NCBI GenBank assembly: GCA_964187785.1
Contig: OZ076417.1
Coordinates: 52,452,001-52,516,000, forward strand
Length of the DNA stretch: 64,000 bases
Source: Amphiscolops sp. MND2022
Lineage: Eukaryota
Reading direction: 5' to 3'
Shown: positions 13,130 through 25,900 of the stretch, one piece after another
Layout of the letters: every line of letters starts with the position of its first letter
How positions within the stretch are numbered: position 1 is the first letter of the stretch
Translations under genes and position numbers: made by a program
Notes under the pieces: model-generated
The model's input: the letters and a program-made list of their open reading frames with translations, nothing else
Told to the model about the DNA's origin: nothing
Databases searched by the model: none

Positions 13130-13382
13130 TGTTATACGGTGATATACCGCGTCCGAATTATTCGGTTCAATGAAGTGCCAATCAAACTGAAAATGAACAT
13201 ATACCAACAAACTATAATTGTTCCTCTTTCTGTTTATACATATTTATATACATATGTACACTAGATTAGTTTCGTAAGGAACCATTGTTGTTAACGTAAA
13301 TTTACGATACAGTTTGGCATTAGAAAATAGAAATCAGTACTGACATTGTTCTATTATATCTCAACAAAGCAGAAATAGAACA
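13130..13382 (+). repeat. 5' LTR
   Basis: TGTTATACGG...AATAGAACA; identical to 18758-19010 except TACGATAC vs TACAATGC. Confidence 0.97.
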
Positions 13383-13395
13383 TGGCACAGTCAGC
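13383..13395 (+). promoter_or_regulatory. Primer binding site (TGGCACAGTCAGC; tRNA-Ser-like by inference)
   Basis: TGG immediately after the LTR's terminal CA; resembles the TGGCGCAGTCGG-type tRNA-Ser PBS. Confidence 0.65.
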
Positions 13396-13428
13396 TTCCT
13401 AATTTGATTTTATCGAAACAAAGAAACA

Positions 13429-16400
13429 ATGACACAAGAAGCAACACAAATCGAGGTGCCAAACTTCGAAGCAACAACAGACAGAAAGAAGATATTCACA
13501 CCGAAACAATGGCTTGAACGATTCCGGCAATGTACAAAACGGAAATACAAAACGGACATTGCGGAATTGATCCGAGGAGAAGACATGACGCAAGCAGACT
13601 GGGCCACAAAAGAAAACCAAGTACAAGACGATTTCATATGGGGTATTGGCCCAGAAGCTCTATACCAAATGACAAGAGCAGAGTACAAGACAGAACCGGA
13701 CAAAATCGCAATCAAAGAATTAATTCGGCTATTCAACGAGTATTTCTTAACGAAAAGAAATACATATAACAACCGGGGAGAATTTTTCTGGACTAAACAA
13801 ACAGAATCCGAAACACCAGAAGACTTCTGGCGAAGACTGATAGAAATCGAAAAAGAATGCAACTTCGAAAGCATAACAGCCGAAGAATTACTCATTTCCA
13901 AATTTATGACCGCAATTACGGACAAGAAACTCCGAGACAAATTAATGAAAGAAAAGAAACTCGAGATGAAAAAAGCGATAAAAATGATCAAGCAAAACAC
14001 ATACGAGAAGAAAAACAACAAAAACACAATACCGGAAGCACTAATATCAAACCGAGAAAAAGAGATTAAAGAAGAACCGATACAGAGAATGGACAAATTT
14101 AACACACGACCGAGAAATAAATTCAACAATAACAGACCATGTAGATTCTGCAATGCACCGAACTGGAACCAATCACACAAATGCCCAGCATTAGATCAGA
14201 CATGCAATAATTGCGGAAAGAAGGGCCACTTCGCCCGGGCATGCAGACAAAAAGTTTATCACAAACGCAAAATACGGAATGTAACCGAGAACGAAGCCTC
14301 AACAATTGATGAAGAAAGCGACGAATCAGAATCGAGTATCTACAGAATTGAAAGAATAAACAGAATCGTGGACAAAAACAAATATTTAACAACGACAGTG
14401 AAAATCAACGGAACGGAGAAAGAATTTATAATAGACACCGGATCACCAATATCAATAATGCCGGCGGATAAAACAATAGTGAAAGATACCGAAGTCCAAA
14501 AAGTGAGACACCGGTACCAAGATGTAAACAAGAACGAAGTAAAATTCCGGGGAAAGATACCGGTAGACATCGAATATGAGAACAACAAACAAAAGATGCA
14601 ACTAATAATTACCGAACGAAATGACATAACAACACTACTTGGAATGGACTGGTTAAAGAAATTCAAATTAACAATCGGCAACATCCGATTGGACGATAAC
14701 AACCAATCAGAAAAGAAACAGATCGTAGAGAAATTTCTGGACTTGTTCAAGAATAACACAACCATGAAAGATGCTGAAATAAATATACAATTGAAACCGG
14801 GACATTATCCGGTTAAACAAAAAGCAAGACCGATTCCTCTTCATCTACAAGAAGCAGTCGGAAAAGAAATTGAAAAATTAACGAAATCCGGACACTTGGA
14901 AAGAGTGAAACAAGTAGATGAAGACTGTTTTGTGTCACCGGTAGTGATAACTGTGAAAAACGATAAATCGGTAAAAATAGCACTTGATTCACGAAAACTG
15001 AATGACAGTTGCATCAAAGTCCGACCTCACATGCCGAACATGGAAGAACTGCTGAACCAAATTTCGGTGGAGATAACAAAAGACCGAACGAAAGAATTAA
15101 TGACGTCAAAAATAGATCTTGATTTTGCATACGGTCAAATGATGTTATCGGAAGAAACAAGCAGACAATGTGTATTTGCAATTACCGGGAGAAATTTTAG
15201 CGGCTACTACCGATTTAAAAAAGGATTCTACGGATTAGCCGACATACCCACAATTTTTCAGGAAAAAATTGATCGAACACTGGAATAATGTACACCCGCA
15301 TGGTTAGACGATATTATAGTTGTAACACGGGGAGACCGAAAAGATCACGAAAAGGAACTGTTCGATGTACTGAAGAAATTCGAAGATGCCAGTTATAGAG
15401 CAAGTGAGAAGAAATCCGAATTCTTTCAAAACAAAATGAAATGGCTCGGACATGAAATAGACGAAGACGAAATAAAACCAAACAAAGAAAAAGTCAAAGC
15501 CATACTGGATTTGAAACACCCGGAAAACCCGAAGCAATTAAAATCGTTTTTCGGGGCAATACAGTACCTAGCAAAAATCCTACCGAGGCTGTCAGAAAGA
15601 ACCGACAAATTACGAAAACTACTGAAGAAAAATACAGAATGGAAATGGGAAACGGAACAACAAAATGATTTCGAAATGATCAAAAAAATGCTCACCGAAG
15701 AACCGGCATTAGCACACTACGCAAAAGACAAAGACAACATTGTATCAACCGACGCAAGCAGAACCGGTCTCGGAATAACATTATGGCAAAAACAAGCAGA
15801 TGGAGAATTAAAACTGATAGCGTTCGGCAGTAGATTCCTTAATGACAGCGAAAAGAATTATTCGATCGGAGAACTTGAATTATTAGCAGTTGTATGGGGA
15901 TTAGAAAAATTCCGTTTTTACTTATACGGGAAAAAGGTGTTTTTATACACCGATCACCAAGCATTAGAACCCCTAATTAAACGAAATAGATGTAACAAAC
16001 ATTACAGCGCAAGACTAACCAGATGGTTAGACCGGCTAGCACATTTTGATATCTCAATACAACATATAGCCGGAAGCAACTTGAAATTCACGGACTATTT
16101 AAGCCGCAATCCAGTAGAGGGCGCCACGACCGAAAACACATACGATGAACAATACGTAATAAATACTCTCACGGAACAAGCCGAATTGAATTTGAAATAC
16201 GGAAGAGTTTTTATAAACCAATTACAGCACGCACCGAACGCAAAAATTACACCCGACTGTGAATTGAGCGGCCAATCAGAAACGAATAGAACATTCGAGA
16301 AAAACCGACACGTGAACAAAACAAACGAACGAACGGAAACCAGTCCAAATAGCGACGCGATAGAATTCAAACGCCAAGAAACTTTACCATTACATAATCA

Positions 16401-18624
16401 TTTGAAACCAGCAACAGCATCAATTGAAAAAGAAATTGACCGCGATTACTTTCATTGGGGCGCAACTGCCGAAATCATGCAAATTATACAAAGGAGAGAA
16501 AAGAGTCCGGAAACCCGAAGATTAGTGGAGAGAAGGCTAGGGATCGCTAGACCCGGCACAATGAGAAGAAGATATGACCAGAATGCCCAAGGAACAATCT
16601 TTGTCCCATCCCGACCAAACGAAAGAAGTAGGGAAGAAATTGCCGAAATAGACGGACAATTGATACAACGGGCAAACAGGTTGGGAGGAGGATACCAACC
16701 CCTACAAACAATTAGAGAAGAACAGGAACAAATCCCGATGGAAGAACAATTGCCGGAAGAACAATCAAATGACCCGGAGAGTGAAGGAGAAAGCCAAATC
16801 ATACGCGGGGACAACCTACCAATTGTTGATCTAAAGAACTACAACACGGAAGGAAAAGAGGCGCACTACGTGCAAATCAATCAAATAATCGGAATGGTCA
16901 CCGAAGTAAAGAAAGTCACCGAAGAAACAATTAAGAAAGCGGAAATGGATTTCATGCTGGACCTGAAAAGCTTAATTGCAAAATCGGCAACAGACGCCGA
17001 ACTAAACCGGGTAAAACTAGCATTAACAAGAGAAGACCGCAGCATGGCACCCGAACATTATCGACAAGAATTCGAAAACATCTCAACAAGATGGGGACTA
17101 ACTTTCATAAACGACAAAATAATTGTACCAACCGAACTCCGAAAGAAACTAATGAATACCTTACACTTCGGACATGCGGGAACCACCAAAATGGCAGCGG
17201 AAGCAAAAATCGTTTGGTGGCCAAACATCATCAAAGACATCGAAGAAAAAGTCAAAAATTGTGTAGCCTGCTTATCATCCTGTAAGAATTTAAAATATCA
17301 ATTACCGAAAAACGAAAGCAGAAAATCAAAAACACTTACCGAACCGGGACAAGAAATTCAAATCGATTTTACCGGAAAATTACACAATAAAATATTGAAC
17401 GGGAAGAACCAGCTACTAATTGCGGTAGATAGATTTAGTAAATGGCCGACCGTAAAAATTTGCAAAACATCCGAAACAAAGGAAGTAATTAACTTCCTAA
17501 AACAAAACCTTAACTTGTACGGAATACCGGAAAAAATTAAATCGGATAAAGGCGGAGCATTCATTTCAAAAGACTACATTGAATTCTTTAAATCGAAAAA
17601 CATTGAAATAGAATACAGCACACCGAGAATACATACCGGTACGGGAGCAGTAGAACGCGCTATACAAACCATGAAGAACTTAATAGTGGCTAATTTAGAA
17701 GACAATTTATGCCTGACCGAATGTGTAAACAGAGCATTAAAAGTAATGCGATTTACAATACACACCGTATTAAAATTAACGCCATTCGAACTACTCCACG
17801 GTAGAAAGCCGCGAACCGAATTAACCAATCTGGTTAAAGACGGTAAATCATTTCTCTCTGATTGGACGGAACTATCTGTTTCAGCTGAAAGAAAGCCAAA
17901 AATCCCAATCTATGTATCGAGGGATGAAGAGGGGGATGTAACAAATTACCTGGTCATGGCAAAAACCAAAGCCGAGGAAAAGGCGGTGGACAAACAACCG
18001 AAAAAGAAACATTCGGTTAGTGAATATCCCTTTGAATTTGTAGGAAAAAACTACAATAGAAAATCACTAGAAGGAAAATTTCAAAAGAAAATTCAAACCG
18101 CGGTAAGCGGAATCGAACATACCGTAAACACCGAAAGTGGAAGAATAATTCACCGAAAACACATTTCGGGACCAATTGTATTTCAGACCGAAAAGAAGAA
18201 AGAACGGGCACCGCAAATCGGAGACAAAATTACACCGAAGAATCGACACTGTCTCCGAGGCGTCGACGGGAAATACATTCAGTGGAATGAAATACTCCGC
18301 GATATACTGAATGGAAAATTGAAAATCATACAAAACCGGACACATAAATACGAATCGGAATCAGAAAGCGAGGAGGGTGAAATTGACGAGGAAAGCGATT
18401 TCGAGATGGAAAATCCGGATACGTCCGAAAGAAACGGGTACAAGCCGATCAACACTAATCCCGAAGACGAATTTAGACTACACACTGACGGTGAGATACC
18501 TATCGGTGAGAATGAAAATAAATTTCTAGAAACCGAAAAATCACCTGTTAGAAGGTCAAGCCGAAAATGTAGTCAACCAAATTTGTACGGGGGAGTACGA
18601 TATACAAAAAACTTTTGGTTATAA
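13429..18624 (+). pseudogene. gag-pol polyprotein (about 1731 codons, one frame) interrupted by a single in-frame TAA at 15286-15288
   Basis: ORFs 13429-15288 and 15436-18624 are in the same frame and the gap is open. Motifs: zinc knuckle CNNCGKKGHFARAC, protease IDTGS, RT ALDSRKLN and WLDD (15301-15312), RNase H TDAS/ELE/TDH, integrase H-H-C-C plus IDF/SDKG/VER. Confidence 0.95.
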
Positions 18625-18745
18625 AAAAATGATCTGTTTCAGGAAATAACCAAAGTAGTTCAGAACCAGCACTACCGAAACCAGCAGATTTCCAAAGAGA
18701 GATGAGCCCAATGCCGGGAACTTCGAAGATGTGAAAGAGAAGCCC

Positions 18746-18757
18746 AGAAGGGGGGAA
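18746..18757 (+). promoter_or_regulatory. Polypurine tract
   Basis: AGAAGGGGGGAA directly before the 3' LTR. Confidence 0.9.
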
Positions 18758-19010
18758 TGTTATACGGTGATATACCGCGTCCGAATTATTCGGTTCAATG
18801 AAGTGCCAATCAAACTGAAAATGAACATATACCAACAAACTATAATTGTTCCTCTTTCTGTTTATACATATTTATATACATATGTACACTAGATTAGTTT
18901 CGTAAGGAACCATTGTTGTTAACGTAAATTTACAATGCAGTTTGGCATTAGAAAATAGAAATCAGTACTGACATTGTTCTATTATATCTCAACAAAGCAG
19001 AAATAGAACA
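18758..19010 (+). repeat. 3' LTR
   Basis: 253 bp, TG...CA, followed by TSD GGTAT. Confidence 0.97.
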
Positions 19011-19049
19011 GGTATAAGCAAGAAAAATAGTTAGAAAGTATGTACAATC

Positions 19050-19432
19050 CTGAAACCACCTGAGGCCAAGTCCTACCGAGGGAGACTTAGTCCAAAGGGT
19101 CCCCCCTTTCATTTTTTCACTTTCTCAAGGAAACCTACAAAACCGGACGTGCCTAAAGGGTCCCCCCTTTGGATTTTTTTTCGGCACTGTGCGACTTTTT
19201 TTCGTTAAAATTTTTAATGTCTCAAAAGGGTCCCCCCTTCGAGTTTTTTCATATTTTGCAACTGAATGTATGTTAATAAATCCCAAAGGGTCCCCCCTTC
19301 TACATTTTTTGGCACTATGCAACTTTTTTTGAAAGAAATTTCTTTCAAAAATTACAAGTTTTTTTCCAAAAAAAATGTTTTGCGCTTTTTGAGCCTTAGA
19401 TATGGCGCCGAGTTTAGACGTTCTCGTCTTGT
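19050..19432 (+). mobile_element. Non-autonomous dispersed repeat with four internal AAGGGTCCCCCCTT boxes (Helentron/HINE-like by inference)
   Basis: Boxes near 19096, 19157, 19226 and 19286. 3' end GAGCCTTAGATATGGCGCCGA...CTTGTT. Reverse-complement copy at 52608-53118. Confidence 0.65.
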
Positions 19433-21399
19433 TGTTTCTCAGGGGAGTGGCGAGAATTCTAATCAAACTGGAACCAATGAAATTGTGGAAGCAGAGAAGG
19501 CTGCTGAAACTGAAGTCTCAGATGAATCTTCGAACGTGAAAGGTTGGAATCGTGGACAAATTCCTTAAATCGGTGCTAAACTAAGCTAAGCACTCACATA
19601 ATTTCCCCTTTGTTGTAGGAGATGAAATCATTTCAAGTGGTTTAACATCTGGCGATGAAAACTTGATTGAAACGGATGCTGACATTAACTCCACTACTTT
19701 TGGTGAAGGAGGTACTCAAGAAACATCACTTTAAATAATTTGCGTCGTCTAGCTTGTGTTTCGAAAGATTTTGTAAGAGTTTTGTAGAGCATTAACTACG
19801 CTCGACTCCTAAACCCGCATAAGGCTCAAAAAGCGCATAGTTTAAATTTACTTCGGATATAACATCCAAACTTTGGATTTTGCGTGCTGGGACAAATGGG
19901 AGCGCTTTTTTGACCTCTGCCTCCTCGTTAGTGAAACGCAATATAGTTCGGATATAACGTCAAAAATTTGGATGTAGCGGGCTGGGCCAAGGCGGCCGCA
20001 GGAGTGTGGCGGCCGAAGATTGTAGGAGTGGACCATACCTTGTAAGATTGTCATCCGACGAAAAAAACTTGCAGCTGTAATAGTCGGGCACATTTTCTTC
20101 CAAAATGCACCGACTAAAATACTGATGTCAACTAGATGAAAATCTAAGAAACTTTTGCTTGTAATTTTTCAATAAATTTTCGGCCAGTTTGTGAAAATTT
20201 GAGCCTAAAATCGCTCGGGGATGATTTCTTGATCACAGTACTCTACTAACCGTTTCCACTATCTGCTTTTGCAGATTGCAACAGTGAACGCGATTTCACT
20301 GAAAATTTGTGAAATGTATATGTAGAACTATGTAAGCTTACATAGTTCTAAGCATACAATTGACTCCTTCTCAGTGTAACCGAGTTCTCCCATTTGAGCT
20401 GGCAAACAGGCATTTGTCTGCAATTAGATATTTTGATCGCCTTATTAGGAAAAGGAGATGCACCGAAACTGATTTGAAACAAAAACACAAACGCCATCGA
20501 ACAGATTCGCAGCGTCTGCAACACAATCCATGATCAAATCTTAGTAAGTAACTTTTTGGACACTTCGAGGGGGTTGGGGGGGGGTGTTAGGGTGTGAAAA
20601 TTGAGTACTTCCCACTTTCGAAGTTGAGCAAGAATCGGATGTTATCGTGGAAAAAGTGGAAAAAGAAGAAACCGAGAAAATAGAAGAAAACAAGAAAAAC
20701 AAGAAAACGGAAACTGCAGAAGATGTGAAAGAGGAAAAAACGATGGCTAAGAAACTTGCCGCTACTGCGGTTAGTTGTTTGTTCCAATTCTGGTTTGAAT
20801 TTTAGCCTGCCTGGTTTTGGTTTTCTGGATATGGGCGAATGAAATTGGACCTCAGGATAAATGCTGTAACTGGTTGAAAGAAATGATATTGATCCCACGG
20901 AACATAAACTCACCAAGGGAACAGGCCAGCCAAAGGATTACGAGGAAAACATTTCGGAAGCCAATGTTTTGGCACTAATTCAAGTCCCAAGTTCTTTGTT
21001 GTGTGCGACTTACCGAGAAAAAAAGAAAAAAAACTAACTGAAAAAACAAAAGATGTGATGTACAAAACCAACTGCATAAAACTTGAAACTTGTAAACTAT
21101 AACTTTGTTTCAAACATCGTTCAAAGTATTTAATAACTCGAGCTGTTTTGTTTTATACTTCACTATTCTCCCATCTAGTGCTGAATACTGAACAAGCTCG
21201 AACGTGTTCAATTCTTTATTCTTTCTTCACGATGCTAACATACATTTCATTCACGACTACACCAAGTCAAGTGACGTTACTCTATTTTTAGAGGTTATGT
21301 CTATACTTAATACGTGACGAACGCTTTCATCTGCATGACGCGCAACCTGACGTCATTTTACGTCATTCTCGTCAGCCAATCACAAAACAAGGTTCTATT

Positions 21400-22660
21400 T
21401 AATTGGCTGGCGATGCGGTAAAATTTAGTATAAAGGTATATCGAATATTCACCTCTCAGAGCTCTCTCCTTTCTTGACACAGCACAAACTGGACAGATCC
21501 ATTATTGTCAATCCTTCAATCTGTCATGCCGTAAGCATGATCGGAATTAGCATTTCTCAATGACGTTGCTATACAGCATCGAACAATACCGCCTGCAACA
21601 AATTGTTAGTGAACGAATTGATGCAGTCAAATTCACAGCATCACATGAGCGGAATCAGGAAAGAACTAGCTGAAATAATTCTACTTTAAGAAGTGATGCA
21701 GTCGAAAGCACAGCATCGCAAGGCCGAATTACAGATTACAGGATGGGTAGTTGAAGTACAAGAAATTGAAGGTGACGCAGTCTAACACACAGCAACACAA
21801 AAACAAACTCAAACATTTTTACATGCACTCTTAGTAGAGTAATCCCAATAAGCTAGATTATCTAGTCAATGCAGTAACTTTTATAACCTACTATGACATT
21901 ACAAATCTTATTGATAGACGACTGGCCTATATGATGTTACCTCACGATGGAAACGCACCATCGTCACACTCATATTGTAACAGGTATTACCAAAGTGCGC
22001 AACTATTTACCAAGTGCTATACAACACCTGTGCAACACTGAAACGCGATTGGCCGATGCAGTCACGTGACCAGCATTGGTTTACTCGCTAGCAAGTGAAA
22101 ACGCGCAACGATTGACTTTCGCTACAGCCTTAGTTACAGTGGCTACCAACATCAGTAAAATTCAAACCAATCTTCGCTTATATAACGAACTTTCAATACT
22201 AAAAATCTCTTCACATTTCAATTCAACCTTAAAACGTTCATTTTATCTCTATCGTAATTATCAGATTCCAGAGTTCAAAACGCGATCAGTCAGTAACAAC
22301 TAGTATGGAAGATTATAGCGATAATGAAAGCGATATTCCGGAATTGAATTCGCGAAATCTTGTTGCATTGTTAGAAATACAACTTTGAGGTAGAGAATGG
22401 CAGACTTAGATAGAGTTCATGAAAGGATCAGAATTGATCGAAGATTCGCTGAAATGAATTACCAAATTAGAGAATTGACCTCAATAGTTAAAGCTCTTGC
22501 CGAACAATTCACGATTTGAAAACTCAATTCAGAACGAAACGCTCCCTTTAGTAGGAAAGAGAATACACTTATTGCAGTCAACTTAGACAATTGTGCAATT
22601 CTGACACAATCATCCTTCACGGGTTCAATCCCCGTTATTATCGCACAGTATTTGCTAGTC
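21400..22660 (+). mobile_element. Possible decayed LTR plus leader-ORF remnant
   Basis: Decayed reading frame from 22305 (MEDYSDNESDI... DLDRVHERIRIDRRFAEMNYQIRELTSIVKAL), preceded by repeated GATGCAGTC..CACAGCATC motifs. No termini or TSD located. Confidence 0.3.
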
Positions 22661-24224
22661 AAGTCTTTTCATTTTTATGCTGTCTAGTCTTTCGATCCTT
22701 TGGCTGTGTGTCAAAATGTAGAATCATTTTGATTGTATACTGCGCAACCCCGGCAGTACAATGGGATAATAGGAAGAACGCAATGGTAATAATGGGGTTT
22801 TGATTTATATCATGTTACAAACAATCCCACATGGAGAACTTCAATGTTAAAAAAGTTTTTCTGAACTGTTAACACCGTGAAAACTCGTTATTGTAATTAG
22901 AATTTGTTTTTTTTCGATCTTATCTTCCAAATATGTTCGTTTCCGGCATTATTTCCACTGAAAAGTCAGCTTTCCCGTTTTTTTCTCCTGTTTTCCGGCA
23001 TTTTTGACCACAATTGACAAAAGAGGAAAACTTAACACCAACTCGCATAATACCGAACAAAATCAAATTGAATCATAGTGTAGTCTGTTATGTAGAAACG
23101 CTAAGAAAGCAGAGAAAAAAATTTTCAAGTTAAATGATTTAACTTGAGCAGTATTGTTTTGAAGCGAAGAATCTAACTTTATCAGCTGACATTGTATTCT
23201 CCTATGCAGCTTTTTACGTATATCGAACAATCTTTTTTCTACTCTGTTGTGGTCCACCTCAACTTTGCGTCAGCTTGCCTAAAGGTTCTTCCTTTCTCTC
23301 GTAGAAAAAATTCCTTTCACTTTTTACACGTTCGAAGAATGTCATTATCCTTTATATGATTTTCTAAAAATCTTCAAGGAACTTTCATGCATTAAGGTTT
23401 ATTTGCCAGTTGCATTCAAATTTTATCGAGCTGCTTGAAAGATATATCTAAATTGTGGCGCAATTTCAAGCTCAACACTGCGAAACTGTGGTTTCTACTG
23501 CAGGTAATGGAATCATGTAGAAAGAACATATATGCGACAAACCCAGCGTCGAAATTGACTGTTCGTTCATTTTGCAACAGCTGCGCATTCGGTATCTAAA
23601 ACGTTCATCAAAGACGTCTGATTTTCCCCATTTTTATTCCCATTGTTCCAATTTTTGAGCACTCACATATTATCCGTTTTGAACGGGCATAGGAAAACTA
23701 GAATCAATATGAGCATGTTTTAGACATTCTTTTCTCCGGCAAAATCACCGCTCAATTTTTTACGATCTTGTTCCAGCATGTTTATCGGCAAGATTAGTTC
23801 ATTTCTGCAGTCTAGTGTTTTGGACGGAGATTTTGGAATGAAAGAGCCGACCTTTACAGTTACTCGGTTTTAATTAAGACACGTTCGATTACGACGAAAT
23901 TTTTGTTTACTTTTTCAGCTAAACAAAAACCTCGTTCGGAAATGCATCCAAGTTACTACAAAGTGTCCCACTTTCAGTTTTATAGTGACATGCAAAACTG
24001 GACGAAGCTAAAGGGTCGATCGTTTGAGTTTTTGGCTTCGTGATGTTTTTTTGAAAATGTTCGAATGACTCCAAAGGGTTCCCCCTCTTTTATTATTTTG
24101 AAAACTTGCAACAAATTGGAGGTTAAAAACCAAAAGATTTCAGTTTTTTGGCACCATGAGACTGTTTCACAGTGAGACTGCAATTTTTGTTAAATCCCCT
24201 CTCAGGACAGTCAAACAATCCCCC

Positions 24225-24362
24225 GCCAGGGGTATTGCCTATTTGAACCGTGGGAACCACCAGACCAAGCAGCTACATCGAAAGTAAACCACAAAGAGGG
24301 GTCGCCCTAATTAAACCGTGCGGACCCTCGGGCCGTACGGCCATATCAAGATTAGATTATTT
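24225..24362 (+). mobile_element. Probable 3' tail of a 5'-truncated LINE/SINE (stem-loop plus short-repeat tail)
   Basis: Hairpin CCGTGCGG-A-CCC-TC-GGG-CCGTACGG (24316-24340) followed by ATCAAGATTAGATTATTT. Confidence 0.45.
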
Positions 24363-24461
24363 CAACTTTTAAAATTACATTTTATTGTTAAATGTAGCTT
24401 TCTGTGCCTCTTTTAATGGTTATTTACTGTCGATTATTGAATAGTTCAATGCAATTAGAAT

Positions 24462-25110
24462 TGTAAAGTAAACTTTGAAATCAGACAATAAATAATATGC
24501 AATTACACAGTAAAAAGGAAACGCGTTCGAATAATCTACCGCTGTAGATTAATGTACGCGTTGTCCGATTCACAATTAGCCCATAAGCGGAGCGTTTTCA
24601 TTCATTTCTTGTAGCCCGATAGACCCAGCGTGCATCACTGTGCTCTTACAGCGTTAATTGTTTGCTCTCATATTAATAGGAATGAAGTGTTGCCACTGTT
24701 AATATATACATGGAAACAGTAGCTTTAGCTGCATCATGCAATGTTAGACCCACTGGCTTTACCGCCTTCCCCATTTATTTCGCTTTGGTTCTATTTATAT
24801 CTCAATGGATAATATGACGTAATTCTGATGTCACCCAACAGGGCTATATTTTATAAAACCCGTTACTATTTTTAGCAAAATGAAAAACTAAAGTTTGCTC
24901 GTCAAGCTTTGTCTACCATAAATATCAGGAATGCGTGACCGCAGGGACACAATTCTGAATTTGCTGATTACAAATCACACGCTCTTTGATTGAATTGCTA
25001 TTTGTTTCTCCGATACTTGCTGCTCAATAATGTTAGTGTCCCAATAAATTGTTGAAGTAAACACCATACCAAATGCCATCTAGTAGAAAGCAAAAGGCGA
25101 AAGAGAAACT
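24462..25110 (+). mobile_element. Truncated LTR homologous to 903-2261
   Basis: Aligns by eye to the reverse complement of 1540-2260 (CACAGTAAAAAGGAAACGCGTTC vs CACAGTAGAGGAAACGAGTTC). Ends shortly after ATGCCATCTAGTAGAAAGCAAAAGGCGAAAGAG (MPSSRKQKAKE). Confidence 0.65.
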
Positions 25111-25439
25111 CTCTATCTAGACAGTCGAACGTAATGTTTTATATGGAAAATGTAGACATAATCTTAGGAAAATTTCCAGGAAGTGAACAAGATAGTTAGT
25201 TACATGAAGACCATGAGTCTGATAAGCTACATTGAAATACTCACCAATACTGGTCGAAAAAACATGTGTACCGAAAAAATCAGTAGAGAAGAAAAACGAG
25301 AGACCGAAAGTACCCCTCGAACAAAAAAAGACACGAGAAACCCTCGACAAAAAGAAAATGGTAGAAAGGACGCCCCGACAGGACAGAGACATTCAGAAAG
25401 GGATGATCTACGGAGAAAACACAGAAGAGCACCAAGAAT

Positions 25440-25900
25440 GCGGAAAAACCCGGAACTTTGCAGAAGCGACTTAAACCCATACCATACATGGACTGTTTGA
25501 CAGATCAAGGTCCCGATGAGGATGTGATTCAAGATATTAAGGGTGTATTTCTCTGTATTTATACCTTTTGCAGGTATTTGGATCACATGATCATGTTAGA
25601 CCAATGAAATGTACTTTGGCAAAAACGACTTTTTGACCCGGTAGTATGTATGAAGTCAAGGGAACCTTGGGGATTGTTTTTACATGGTTGTGAGACGTGG
25701 TCGGACTTTGAGTGTGCCGACATGTCGCTACAGAGCTCAAAATTAGGAGTCGCCTTGACGTACGAAATATTCCGCCAGGAGACTGTTTTTGGGTGAAAAA
25801 TGTGTCTAGGCTTGCAGTAAGACCATGGTCTCCTGGAGAAGCAACCTATGCACTTCCCCAGCTCTAGAATGTATGCCTCTAGCTTGACGCTACATCTAGA
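25440..25900 (+). repeat. Unclassified dispersed repeat with decayed coding potential, copy 1
   Basis: Shares GACTTAAACCCATACCATACATG..CAGATCAAGGTCC and GTAAGACCATGGTCTCCTG..GCACTTCCCCAGCTCTAG with 46400-46720. Confidence 0.7.

Larger units (their letters stand above)
13130..19010 (+). mobile_element. Full-length young Ty3/gypsy LTR retrotransposon (Mag/SURL-like by inference), 5881 bp
   Basis: Two 253-bp LTRs (TG...CA) differing at 2 positions. 5-bp TSD GGTAT (13125-13129, 19011-19015). PBS, PPT, and domain order gag-PR-RT-RH-INT. Confidence 0.98.

Noticed and set aside
13410-14180. 256-aa antisense ORF in gag, and other shadow ORFs over 13.4-18.8 kb
   Set aside because: Opposite-strand by-products of the A-rich gag-pol frame, with no independent motifs.
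15286-15288. Programmed stop-codon read-through between gag and pol
   Set aside because: The stop lies inside RT rather than at the gag/protease boundary; a point mutation is more parsimonious.
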